Positions 42,780-55,884 of a DNA stretch of 64,000 nucleotides are shown here, piece after piece (position 1 is the first letter of the stretch; every line of letters starts with the position of its first letter). The position numbers and the translations under genes are program-made. Source of the DNA: Eledone cirrhosa (Eukaryota). Where the stretch lies: contig OZ024751.1 in assembly GCA_964016885.1 (NCBI GenBank), forward strand, positions 17,112,001-17,176,000, written 5' to 3'. The notes under the pieces were generated by a model that saw nothing but the letters and a program-made list of their open reading frames with translations, was not told where the DNA came from and made no database searches.

Positions 42780-43680
42780 AACCTGACCCCTTGCTGAGGA
42801 TTGCAACATAGAGATGAAAAATGAGAGGATGAGAATAAGACTGAGTGCTGAAGTTGGCGTAACACCGTAGAGACTCCAGAAAGTCTTGAATTTAATTCAG
42901 CTTCCTACATTACACCAAACGTGAAAACGATCGCGGGATTCCTGAACTCCACTTACTGTAATATAATAGCCCTAACATGCAGAGACCACTGCGCAGGCTT
43001 TCTTGAGAATAAGAATATATGCGTTTTCAAAGCACTGATTTTTATTCATGCAATGCAGCACTCGGCAGCAAACCTACCCAGTGCATAACGGAGATCTCAT
43101 CCTGACGAATTAAGCAGTATAACATCATCTGCAAATATCAACCCATTTACACTAGATCTACAGGTTTTGACACTACTTGCAACCCAGCTGCAAATGTCAA
43201 CCACGTTCATAATGATTATGATCAATAGAGGTAAAAATACTCACTGTTGGCGACGGTGACACCTTTATAGGTTATCCATATAAAGACTTCAAATTTACAA
43301 GAAGCTGTTTCTTGATCCTATCCTTATCAGGAGGTTCACCATGAAATTATGTAGAACATAGTAATATATCGATTCGTGGTTCAGGAAACAAACATACACC
43401 TCTTGTTAAAACTCTCACGATTTCTCGATGACTTGCTGCTGAGTGAATATTTCCTCAGCTGTGCTACACGCTCACACCATTTAACAGCTGAAGCAGAAAC
43501 GGCGGAGCTGAACAGTCTCTACTCCGTAACAACGTCCCAAGCTTTCCAGAGAGTTCTCTAATTTCAATGCAATAATACCCGCATACCTGGTCGTGAATTT
43601 CTCTTCAGCTAGCTATTCCCACTTTCTCCTGTAGGTCGAGCTGAACATTCAGTGCTGAAATATCCATGTCCAACTGCAAG
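42780..43680 (-). pseudogene. Highly degraded RTE reverse transcriptase
   Basis: Reverse complement gives IFTQQQVIEKS*EF*QEVYVCFL (~43380-43450) and LIFADDVILL (~43112-43141). Confidence 0.7.
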
Positions 43681-44528
43681 GAGATTAAACAATGTTATGA
43701 TGTAAAGGTGAATTGACAGATTTGTTAGAACGTGGTTCGTGGTTTTCTTTTCAATGATTCGTGGTTTTCTTTTCAAGACTCGGCCCTTTGTGTTGCAATC
43801 TCATTGAGGTCTAGTTCACCGTTCATCATTTTGGGTTGGCTAAATGACTAATCCATTAGTAGAGACAATCTTTCCCCTCTGCTCCGCCCCACCCCACCAT
43901 CTCTCTTTATCTCTCCCATTCTCACCTCCTCTCGTATGACGACTGGCTGTATGATTTTCAGTTGGAATTACCTTCAAGTCACAGGTCTGTGTGAGGTTTC
44001 TTTTTCTGGAAGACAATCTGTGGCCCACACATGTCAGTCTCCCATCTAAATGCCATTGAGTGTGTCCTAGTAAATCTCAAAAGCTGATTATAGCAACTCA
44101 AGCTATCCACCTGAGTAAATCAATGCAACGTGAATTTCTGATTTTGAGATCGACACTGTAACCACTAAGCCACGTACTTTCACTGAATGAATTCATTAAT
44201 TGATAAAATAAATAGCCGATAAAACGATAGCAAATGTGAAATATTTCTTCCAACAATGTTTATTTTCCAGCATTAACCAAAAGAACAGTAACGAAAAAAA
44301 TAACAATAGATACTTGAAGAGGGTATTTCATAATTATCTAATTCAGACCCATATAGTTGAACTAATTCTCAACAATATGTACATAACAATTAAATACATT
44401 AGCTGAATGATCGCAAAAACAAATTTATATAACTATTATAAACAACATAAACAAGCTTCTACTGCAGTAATAGCAATATATTATCAAGTGTTTCATGTGT
44501 TTAATTCTTACAGTAATTATTTGAAAAG

Positions 44529-44709
44529 AGCGGTGAATTGGCAGTATCGGTAGAGGGTTGGACGCCATGCTTTGCAGCATAGTTACGTCCCTTTATGATC
44601 TGAGTTCAAATCCCGTCAAGGTCAACTTTGCCTTTCATCCCTACGGGGTCGAGAAAATAAAGTACCACTGGGGTAATTGCTGGCCTTGTGCCAAAAGTAG
44701 AAACAATTA
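44529..44709 (+). mobile_element. tRNA-derived SINE copy
   Basis: Full head, core and tail. Confidence 0.9.
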
Positions 44710-45372
44710 TTTGATAAGTGGTTTGATATGAGAAAGCAGATTGTGAGTGAAATTTTTATTTTAGAGTTGAATCATTGTACAGATTAAAATATATATGTTT
44801 CCTTTAGGTTCAGGTTAAACTGCATTATCTGTTAGACACGCAGTGACTAACAACAGAATGTTTTAAGTCTGTGTGTCTGACTGACATGTGACATGATGAT
44901 GATGATGATGTGACATACATGCGTAGCTTGTGAATAAACATTTCAAGGGGTATCGCTGGCCGTGGTGATGCCTCCCAAACATCTTTTGTAATGTATCGTC
45001 TTATTGGCTAATTTCATCGTCTTATTGGCTAATCAACCAACGAGAGTAATTGTTGCTCTAAAGCATCCGCCACTTTGTTTCCACGTTTATTTATCGTTTC
45101 GCTTTCGAATCTTCCTCCAGTATTTCGTCGTTTTATCATCAAAATATTTTTCTTGTTTTGGTAAGTTATATTGTTAATTTATATATGATTTTTTTAATTT
45201 ATATTAACTATTAAAAGTCTGAAAATATTTTTATACATCTTACAATTATATTTATAATATCATTTATAAAATAACAATTATATAATCTAATTACATTACA
45301 ACGATAATTTATTAATATATATATATCATGTTTAACTAGAGTTATTACAAGCGTTGCCTTTAAAAAATATTA

Positions 45373-45821
45373 AACTAGACCTGAAAAATGCGCAAGCTCA
45401 AAAGAGCCACAGAATGTTATAATAAACCTTCAAAAGTGTGCGACTAGAGTTGTTGCTCAAAAATATTGTAATCATTATCTATCGTACACTCTGTGGCATC
45501 CTTTTATAAAAAAAGAGACTCATAACGAACTCAAGACGACACGATAATTATTTAAGTGAATTTATAATATAGAATTCGGTTTAAGTGCATTTCGTATTAA
45601 TCATTTCTAAACATCTAATATGAGATATTGAACAATAGCTTAGATAATTATCGAGACGTCTTGAGTTCGTTATGAGTCTCTTTTTTTATAAAAGTATGCC
45701 ACAGATTGTACGATAGATAATGATTACAATATTTTTGCGCAACAACTCTAGTCCCACACGTTTAAGGTTTATTATAACATTCTGTGGTTCTTTTGAGCTT
45801 GCGCATTTTTCAGTTCTAGTT
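45373..45821. repeat. Long inverted repeat, MITE/fold-back-like, not in (TA)n and without an HHR core
   Basis: Arms ~45373-45555 and ~45638-45821 with AACTAG/CTAGTT ends and an ~82-bp spacer. Confidence 0.85.
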
Positions 45822-45930
45822 AACAATTATATACAGCAACGAAGTGACAAAGCTTTTCAAGTACAGTATTCTACGTTCAAATTCAAATCCTGCCGAGGTG
45901 GAATTTATCTTTTATTTCTTCAAGGTTAAT

Positions 45931-46022
<92 letters not shown>

Positions 46023-46057
46023 AGAAGAAATTAAAAGATGGTTAAAAAAGTTCCATA

Positions 46058-46127
46058 TATTTTATTATGCGCATTTCGAAAACAACATCATCCTGAGACA
46101 AAAATTGTGTTCTCATCAGATAAAATA
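46058..46127 (-). ncRNA. Type I hammerhead ribozyme (family A)
   Basis: Reverse complement reads tattttat CTGATGA gaacacaa...ttgttttc GAAA tgcgca TA ataaaata: 8-bp stem I and palindromic stem III. Confidence 0.85.
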
Positions 46128-46180
46128 AGGTAACATGATATCAGCCCTAAAAACACTTGTCAACAGGAAAGTGCAGAGTC

Positions 46181-46228
<48 letters not shown>

Positions 46229-46456
46229 TATATAGTATTAGTAACAAGTCTTTAAGTAATTTCACCTGTTCAGTCTCCTGCCATTTTACTCAATATTTAT
46301 ATATGTGAGTGTATATTTATATATGAATATATATATATATATTTATTTATTTATATATACACCGGATTAATATGTTATATACACCACCTAAAGGAATGCC
46401 ACCGTCAAGTCTAGACAGATAGGAAATATCTAAAACTATAAAATGGCATTATAGTT

Positions 46457-46638
46457 ATAATTGTTTCTACTATTGGCACAAGGCCAGAAATTACCCAGTA
46501 CATTACTGGTACTTTATTTTATCGACCCCGTAAGGATGAAAGGCAAAGTTAACCTCGGCGGGATTTGAACTCAGAATAGCAAGGGCCGTAACTCTATGCA
46601 TCAAAGCATGGCGTCCGACCCTCTACCGATACTGCCAA
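46457..46638 (-). mobile_element. tRNA-derived SINE copy
   Basis: Reverse complement of the main family. Confidence 0.9.
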
Positions 46639-47104
46639 TATCTGGTCTGCGATGATTCGTATGACTAAATCCATTAAATAATTCGCAGTCTACAGCAACA
46701 GACATGACGTTTCAATAATATATCCTGCATAAACTACGTGACTATATTAATGGAAAATATATAGAAGATATTAGCACGTTTCTTTAGGCTTATATATATA
46801 TATATATAAATTATATATATATATATTATATATAAATATATATAATATATATACGTATATATATATTCTATATATATATAATATATATTATATATATATA
46901 TATATTATATATATATATTATATATATATATAATATATATTATATATATATATATATTATATATATATATTATATATATATATAATATATATTATATATA
47001 TATATAATATATATTATATATATATATATAATATATATTATATATATATATAATATATATTATATATATATATAATATATATTATTTATATATATATATA
47101 TTAT

Positions 47105-48578
47105 ATAACTTTGAATAACTTTCAAATGTTTTGGCCAGTATTGGCCCAGGCCATGTCTAACTTAATAGCACCACCTGGCGAAGTCTTTCAATTCAGGATT
47201 TGGGCACCATGGCCCATTCGAGAAGAGAATTACTGTTTGCGGAGACATATCCGGGTGTGGGTGGTTTGTCCGGGATTACTTGGAGGAATTTGTCCAAAGA
47301 CTTCTTGAATTTTGTGTGGTCAGTTTCTGTTTTGACGTGTCCTGGTGTTATGTTGAAGAGAGCAGGGCCGATTGAGGTGAAATAATTGTGCCGTATTGTT
47401 GTTATGAGTTGCGATTTAGATTTTTGAATGGGACGGATAGCACGGGGCCCAAGCCTTGGGTGTATCTTGAAGGCGATGCCAACATCATTTGGGCAGTGAT
47501 GATGGAACATTTTCCACATCATGCAGATAATATAGCGCTCACGGCGACGTTGGAGTGAGTAAAGTTTCAGGTTTTCTAGTCGACCCCAGTAGTCAAGGTC
47601 TGACATTCCATCTATCTTTTTCGTGATTGCCCTTTGAGGAGCTTCAAGTTTCATGATACTTTGTTTCGTGTGGGGAGACCACAGTGGACAACAGTATTCA
47701 AGGTGTGGTCGGGCAAAAGTAGAGAAGAGAAGGATAATGGTGTGGGAATCTCTCGACTGGAAGGTTCTGAGGATCCAGGAACACATTCTGCGGGCCATGT
47801 CAACTTTGCTGCTTATATGCGTGGCCCAGCTTATGTTGCTGTCCACGGTTACTCCCAAGTCTCTGATGTTGTTAGATGCCACGAGAGTTTCCCCGGAGGG
47901 AAGGGAGTACGGGAGTTTCAGAGCATCCTCTTTTCCAAAGTGAATCAGTTCGAATTTGTCTTCGTTCAGTAACATGTTGTTCTTTTCCGCCCATTGGGTA
48001 ACAGCCAGTAGGTCTGACTGAAGGCTTATCCGGTCATCCACGCCATTGATGACCTTTTGGAGCTTGGAATCATCAGCGAAAATTTTAATGTTGCTGTGTT
48101 TGATGATGTCAGTGATGTCATTAATATAGATGATGAAGAGAAGTGGGCCCAACACAGTGCCTTGTGGGACCCCACTACTGACTTTGGCTGGGCTGGATTT
48201 GACTCCTTCAACTACAACATGTTGGGTTCTATTTGACAGGAAGCTCTTGATCCACTGCAGCAGCTTTCCAGTGACACCAATATTGGACAGCTTTCTCAGA
48301 AGAATGTTATGATCAACCCTGTCAAAGGCCTTGCTGAAATCAAGGTAGATAACATCAGTGTTGGAACCCTCTCCCAAGGCTCTCAAAATGTCATCAAAGT
48401 GATGCAGTAGCTGCGTCAGGCAATCCCTTCCATTACGGAATCCATGCTGGTTGGAGTTCAGCATATTGTTACTCTCAAGGAAGTGGGTCATTCGCGATCT
48501 CACCACTCTCTCAAATACCTTAATGATATGAGAGGTGAGTGAGATTGGATGGTAATTCACGGCAAGGGATTTGTTTCC
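47105..48578 (-). mobile_element. 5'-truncated CR1/Jockey-group LINE with open RT frame (47193-48560)
   Basis: NYHPISLTS, QHGFR, YLDFSKAFDRVDH, SGVPQGTVLGPLLF and FADDSK motifs; 455 codons with no stop; short 3'UTR ending AAAGTTATTCAAAGTTAT; AT microsatellite on both sides. Confidence 0.95.
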
Positions 48579-48645
<67 letters not shown>

Positions 48646-48663
48646 ATATATTATATATATATA

Positions 48664-48957
<294 letters not shown>

Positions 48958-49194
48958 TTTTTAAAAAAATCCGCGATAATATTGCTTTATACTGAACTCC
49001 ATACATTTCTGTAGAGTTTTTTTCGGAATGCTTTGACTGCTGTTTCTTGTAATCAGACATTCGTCTCATTCTAACATTACCAGCCATGTTTCTCCATGTA
49101 TGTTTATTTTCATAATTCCGTACGAGCTGAACTAGCCTGCTTTTAAATTCCCTTTCTGGCGTATTTTGGCAGTGGTATTTGATTGTCGTGTTGA

Positions 49195-49275
49195 GCTCTA
49201 CTGATGAACGTCTCTAACCGTGACTAATCCCACTGAAAAATTTCGTGAAATAGTATTTTTAAGACTATATAGAGC
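49195..49275 (+). ncRNA. Type I hammerhead ribozyme with complete stem III
   Basis: gctcta CTGATGA acg...cgt GAAA tagt atttttaag acta TA tagagc; predicted cleavage after 49269. Confidence 0.8.
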
Positions 49276-49675
49276 ATTTGTAGTTTTTCCAAATTGAAGG
49301 ATGAGTATTTAAATTTTATTTTATTCTGAGTTAAGACTCTATTGGTTTTTTCCCTGGTTTCCACAAAATCTGTGGATATAATGTGTCTTGATTTTTTAAA
49401 AATTGAGTTTGAATTATTTTCACATATCTTACGTTAAATATTTTCCTTTTTGACGTTATAGTCACTTATATATTATGAAATACTGTTGGCTTCTTGCTCA
49501 CATTATTTTCTCTATTTTCATTTATATATATATATTATATATATATATTATATATATATTATATATATATTATATATATATTATATATATATTATATATA
49601 TATTATATATATATTATATATATATTACATATATATTATATATATATTTATATATATATATATATATATATTTAT

Positions 49676-49883
49676 AGTAACGAGTAGGACCCCGACGGTT
49701 AAGCTCAAGCCGTTTCGACGGCTAATTCTGGACCAAATCATTTTAGTCCAGAATTAGCCGTCGTAACGGCTTGAGCTCAGCCATCGGGGTCCTACTCATT
49801 CCTATCACCCACTCAACTACCCTAAGTATTGAGTACTTTGGTGCGTTATGGTCCACCTGGTTCCATACCACATTTCCTTCGTT
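49676..49883 (+). mobile_element. Family F fold-back, copy 3
   Basis: Same arms and tail as 17950-18145, with a longer loop and more divergence; hairpin at 49811-49837. Confidence 0.85.
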
Positions 49884-49905
49884 ATATATTTATATATATA
49901 TATAT

Positions 49906-49940
<35 letters not shown>

Positions 49941-49943
<3 letters not shown>

Positions 49944-50368
49944 AATTAATATATCTACCAACATATATATACAGATGCATACCTATGCTAGCAAATATAT
50001 AGGTTTTGTCTTTGTAACTTTGTGGTTCAATGTAAGAGGATGCAGAACAATTATATGAAAAACGTAAAATAAAATTTTAAAAATTAACTTACTTACTAAA
50101 ATTTCACTCCAACTAATTAGTTTCTGAAAGTGAATAAACATGGTTTCCGAATGGAACCCATGGAGAAGGCCTTTTGTCATATTTTTGTATAAGTTTCCTG
50201 TTCCCACACATTGCCTGGGAACTTAGCTGAGAATAGACTTCCCTGATGACGAAAGGCCTTGTCCATGTATTCCATTCGGAAACCATGTTTATTCCTTTTC
50301 AGAAACTAATTAGTTGGACTGAAATTTTAGTAAGTAAGTTAATTTTTATAATTTTCTTATTTTAAGTC

Positions 50369-50377
<9 letters not shown>
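49941..50377. mobile_element. Fold-back element with HHR core (family I)
   Basis: Arms ~50052-50180 and ~50246-50377. CTGATGA (50243) cgaa...ttcg GAAA (50279). Tail hairpin at 50025-50048. Confidence 0.75.
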
Positions 50378-50410
<33 letters not shown>

Positions 50411-50414
<4 letters not shown>

Positions 50415-53195
50415 TACACAATAATCAAAGTTATGTTCAAATCATTTTATTGCTGACAATTGTTTCTTCCAAACTTTGCACTGTTTGTACATGTAATTAA
50501 TCTCCTATTCAACTGAACAATCATATAGATACATGGATATTAATGTTGTCAACAACAGTTTCGTATTTACAGAGTGGAATGGATGCGACATATATTACAA
50601 AATAATTGTACAAATATTAAAATTAAAAAGGCACATATTGGAATGCATGCGGCAGATATTACAAGGGAATAGTATAATAATTAAAGGGACATTAAGAAAG
50701 AAAATTACTCGTAAAACAAGGAGACTATCAGTACTTATGCAAGCGTATAGAGAGTGCAAATGCGTTAGGCATATACAGGAAGGAAACAAGCAATTGTACT
50801 AGGCATATATAATTATTGTATGGCAAAGGTATCACATAAACTAACATAGCTTTAAAAGTATATCAAGCAGGCAAAGGTGTTTGTGTATTAAAATTATGAG
50901 TCTATGGTGGATGTAATGTGATGATTGTTTCTGTAATGTCAAATGTGTATGTGTTGAGAGTATCAATCTTATTGCTATCTTTTCCATTACATTGGTTAAA
51001 TTTTATTTTAGTGAATGTTTTTAATTAGTTACAGCTATGGATTGTATATTGGTCCTATTATATTGTTATCCTTGTTTCGAGTTGTTCTATAGTGATTCTT
51101 CTAACGGTTTAATTACCGGAAGTGAGTTTGAGATCTATATTAAGGGGAGCTAATGTGAAAGGTGTGTGTGTGGTGGGGGAGTAGCGATTAAATTGTATAT
51201 GAAAGTAAAAAGAAGAAAAAATGGAAAAAAGGTATAGTTGTTTACAGTTTCAATTAGTTAAATTCTTTATACTAATATACATTGTATTGTGTTACAAGTG
51301 AATCCCTTTTATATCATGTTATTTATTTATATTTAATTTTAAATACAGTCTATTCTCCTATATTACATTAAAGGTCTCATTATATTGTTATCTATCCATT
51401 ACTGAATAAAATATAAGTAAGCTATAGAAATAATGTATAGTTGTTTACAGGTCCAGTTAGTTAAATCTCTTGTGTTATTAATATACATTATATTATCTTA
51501 TAAGTGAATTCCTTATATATAATACTATTAATTTATATATTTAATTATAAATATAATTTATTTTCCTATAATACATTAAATGTCTCATCATATTGTTATC
51601 TATCCATTACTGAATATAATATAAGTAAGCTATAGTAGTTATATTAAATGGTGGTAACTTTATGTTTATTTCTAATAGTTATTGTAGAGTATAAGGTTTG
51701 AGATAAATAGGAGTTAGGTAGAGGAATGAGCTGATCATAGAGTGCGATGCTGCGGGGGTAATTACATGCTGATAAGACCTAGAGGTGAAGTGTTAGTGGT
51801 GGTGAGGAATTCAGATCTGAAATTGTTATATATTAGCAGCTAGGTTTAAAACTATGGAAAGAGTGTCGGTGGTAGTGTTGGCACGAGGAAAAAACCTCTG
51901 ATTTTCTATTTAGGAGGTCTAGTTTCGAATACATTATTGTGCGGGTCTCTAGAAGACATAGATTACACAATTTATTAGGTGGTTTATACGATGCGGCCCT
52001 ATCTATTACTTCCCATTGAAGTGCATATGGTCTATTCCTAGTTTTCAGAGAGTGTATGTAGCTAGACAAAGAAGTGGAGTTGGCTAGATTGCGATTTTTG
52101 AAAGTGTGGAGATGCGAGTTATATCTCGTCTTGAAGCAGATCGAAGTTGAACCGATATATGTTTTAGAAGAGTTGTTTGTGGTGACCGTGCATGAGTAAA
52201 TGATGTCTTTAATTAAGCAATGTATACCTAAGGGGCATGTTCTATTTGTTCTACAGTTACAGTTATTCTAGTTGTTTGCTTGCAGGTTACTATGTTGTGT
52301 AGATGCCTGGGTGTTAGGGATAGGATTAGGGTAATGATGGTTGTCGTTCCTATTGTTATTAATTTCATTAGTGCTATTACCATTATTATTATTGCTACTA
52401 GAATTTTCTGGTACTATGTTGTTCTGTAAGTTTACCCCGTGTTGTGATTTAATCAATTGGAAATAATTATTAATCTTCCTTTTATTGCTACTAGCTATAT
52501 TGTATGCGATGTTGGGTGTGGTAGAGTAAGAGATTTTAATGGTATTTTTATTTATAAGATTATGGTATTTGTGGCCGACTGGGAAGTTTTTTTCCAGGAT
52601 TGAGAAGAAAGCCTTAGGAAAGTTGGAAGAGACGTTTAGATTGAAAAGGGGATTGAAGAATGTATTAGTCTTCTTCTATTTTTGTTTTTTGTAATGTTAT
52701 TTATATTTCTGTTTATATTATTATTGTGGTGTTTATTCTGGTGCGTGTTAAGTTTGATATTACCTTTCGTATTAGAGTTAGAGTGGCTAGTTCTTTTATC
52801 TCATTTTTATGGCCTGATTTAGCTAAGGCCTCATTATAGTATTGGGAATTATTGTTAAATATGGTTTCGTTATATGATAGATTAGAGATTCTATTTGATA
52901 TACCTTTAGTAATTGAGTTTAATATGGATTTAGGGTGGTTACAGTTGATGTATACATAAAGTAGTTTTTCGTTTGGCTTATGAAAGGGTGTATATATTTT
53001 AGAGTCCAGGCAAAGGGTAGCATCAAGGAAGCTAACGTTTTTAAGGTTTTTATCTAAGGTGATATCTAAGTTGAAGTTTTTGAAAATGTTATGCAATTGT
53101 TTCCTAGTTCTTTCTATATTAATTTTTTTGAAGTCAATAAGAAATAATGTATCATTGCGGTATAACCCACCATTGAGGTAGAGTAGGTTCTCATG
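50411..53195 (-). mobile_element. Penelope-like element, 5'-truncated (RT C-terminal half, GIY-YIG, long 3'UTR)
   Basis: GLYRNDTL (mutated YRDD), VSFLDATL, YINCNHP, CPLGIHCLIKDIIYSC...TYIGSTS...CNLCLLE. ~200-bp tandem duplication at 51232-51635. GAAA-caattg-TC-agc-AATAAA at ~50445-50466. Confidence 0.9.
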
Positions 53196-54765
53196 AATTT
53201 CATTTGGGGCTATTTGTGTAGTGTAAGAGAAAAGTAGAACAGAGTAGAATTAGATCGTTTCGGATAATTAAATATATACTTAGTTGTTCTCTCACGGCCA
53301 TAAAATGGTTATATTTGCGTAAGGTTTACATATATAAATACGACTGCTTTTTACACAAACACGAAAACAATTCTCGTAAATTGCCTAAATCTCTAAACAT
53401 AACACTCGCCCTTTCTTAACCACATCCCGACCCACAACGCCGGTTTTGTAAACCAACCATGGACCACAGCAGCGATCAATTGAAACGACAGGTGTTATTA
53501 AGCTGCTGCCAGCTCTTTCAACTGCAGACACTGTATTTTTCGAGACCTTCTTGGCAATTTCCGTCCATCCAAATTTACTCAAAAATTGTTGTTTTCATAG
53601 ATTTTATGTTGGATGATACTTGTCTAAATGATACATAATAGGATTGAACCGAGGATTGTATAAGAGAACTTGATACACTAGTATTGAGTATTAAAGAAAA
53701 GTAAAAAACGATAGCAAATATACAGTAAAATTAGAAGAAAATAAATCGAACTAAAATACAGTACATAGTTAAGAAAATATAACAAATTAATTATTGAAAA
53801 ACATCAATATATGATTCATATTTGTTATTGCTTTCAATGCTGTCAGAATTATAAATAAACCAATAAACAAACAAGTGAATATAATTGACGTATATGGAGT
53901 TATGAAATGTAACACAATATACGGATATCAATTAGTGAATGACTGTGGTTTAGTAGTTCGGGAGTTTGGCTCACAAACGTAACACCGTGCGTTACTTTCC
54001 CTGCATCACGGTGTGCCCACTATCACCTATAGGTAAATTTTGGTGACCTCCGTCCGTCACACATTGTGTGTATGTGTTTGTAAAGGCAAGAAAGAGAATG
54101 ATGAAAAAATATAACAAAACAGTGGCTGGCGTCTCATTTGCTACACTGTGTGAGAGTGTTTGTGTGTGTTTGTGTGAATATATGTCTTTTTTAATGTATG
54201 CATTTGTGTGAATGTATGTAAGTGTGTATTTTTGTAAGTGTGTCTGTTTGCGCGTTTGTATTTATATACTCATACATATAAAAGTATGCATATGCACATT
54301 CACACACACACACATGTATACACGTACGCTTCGCCGTGTTGTAAAAGTTCAAGTGAAAAAACCCCTTGAATACAATTTCCTTTTAATTCTATGTATAAAC
54401 ATTGATTATTTTTTAAAAGATTATTCCGTACCATCTTATGGTGTTAGTGAATTAATCAATAATTCGGCCTACTTCTGTAACAGTGGGGTATAATTCGATA
54501 TAGAGATGAGTGATGAGTCAATGTATATGATTTTCATGCCCACTGTGTAATTATTTGTAGAATTCCCATAGCATTTATATAATGGTAAATTGATTCAAAG
54601 CAAGATTTCCACTTGTACATTAACAACAATTCTATGGCTTCTAAAATCCTTGCTAAATTAAACAAACTGACGAACAAATCTTTACAAAATAAACATATCT
54701 ACACACACGTAATACACGTTGTGTTAGTATCTACGTAAACTTCATTCTTGAATATACACATATTT

Positions 54766-54827
<62 letters not shown>

Positions 54828-54982
54828 ATAATAAATGCAAAGACAAAATCCAAAGACGATGTGATACAGGTTGTATATATTGATAAGGTTGGAGAAAATA
54901 TGTAGGGTGAAAGCAGAAATGTATTGCTTAAACATTTCATATATACTTATATATAAATATATATATATTTACTATATGTATG

Positions 54983-55053
<71 letters not shown>

Positions 55054-55111
55054 TGAATATATGTGTGTGTTTGTATATATAATATATGTAAGTACGACTA
55101 TATGTATATAT

Positions 55112-55878
55112 ATTTATTAAAATAACAGATTAAAGTTTAAGCAAAGAATCGCTGCTTTCACCCTTATCGGGATCTTCTGAAACTAACAAAGTCAATATGT
55201 GAACGCAGAAGTGAATATTTCCAAAAACGTTGCAACCGGAGGAAGTCAGGAAGACGATACTTTGGTTCGTGGAAACGTTCCCTGGCAAAGAACGGGAAAA
55301 AACGAATATAATACGTCATTATTTGGAGCGGTGAAAAAAATTACACGCAAAGACAAAACCATGTTTACGGTATAAAAGAAGTCGTAGACTAATGTTCGAT
55401 TAGGTGGATCATAGAGACGTTCTCTGGCATTGAACGGAAAAAAACGAAGTTAATAAGTCATATGTGGAACGTGGAGAACAATTGCACGCAAAGACAGAAC
55501 CACGTAAATTGTATAGCTGAAGTCGTAGACTAAAATTCTAACTAGGAAACCGAATGATTCTCGGCTTCAGAGTTAAGAATAAAGTAAATAAAATACAGAG
55601 GTAATTGAAATTAAATAAAAACATACACGCATCCATATACGTACATACACATGCATACACGCACATATATATATATGCGTGTGTGTGTATGTGTGTGTGT
55701 GTGTGTGTGTATACAAATAATTAAATAAACGTATATAAATAAATAAATATCTATATAACACGCACACACACATACCTAGATGTAAATACACATATGTTCG
55801 GACACGACGTCAATCAAAACACGAAGTACACATATACCCTCACCCTACATACGTACGAACCCGCATACTCACACAGAC
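55112..55878 (-). mobile_element. Family C copy (two ~141-bp units) with variant hammerhead
   Basis: Reverse complement of 8730-9760; HHR fold at 55134-55184. Confidence 0.75.
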
Positions 55879-55884
55879 AACCTT

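Noticed and set aside
47634-48312. Plus-strand ORFs opposite the RT (and minus-strand ORFs at 55814-57027)
   Set aside because: Antisense shadows of GC-richer LINE coding sequence.
53200-53582. Possible Tc1/mariner 5' remnant
   Set aside because: No terminal inverted repeat or convincing transposase motif.
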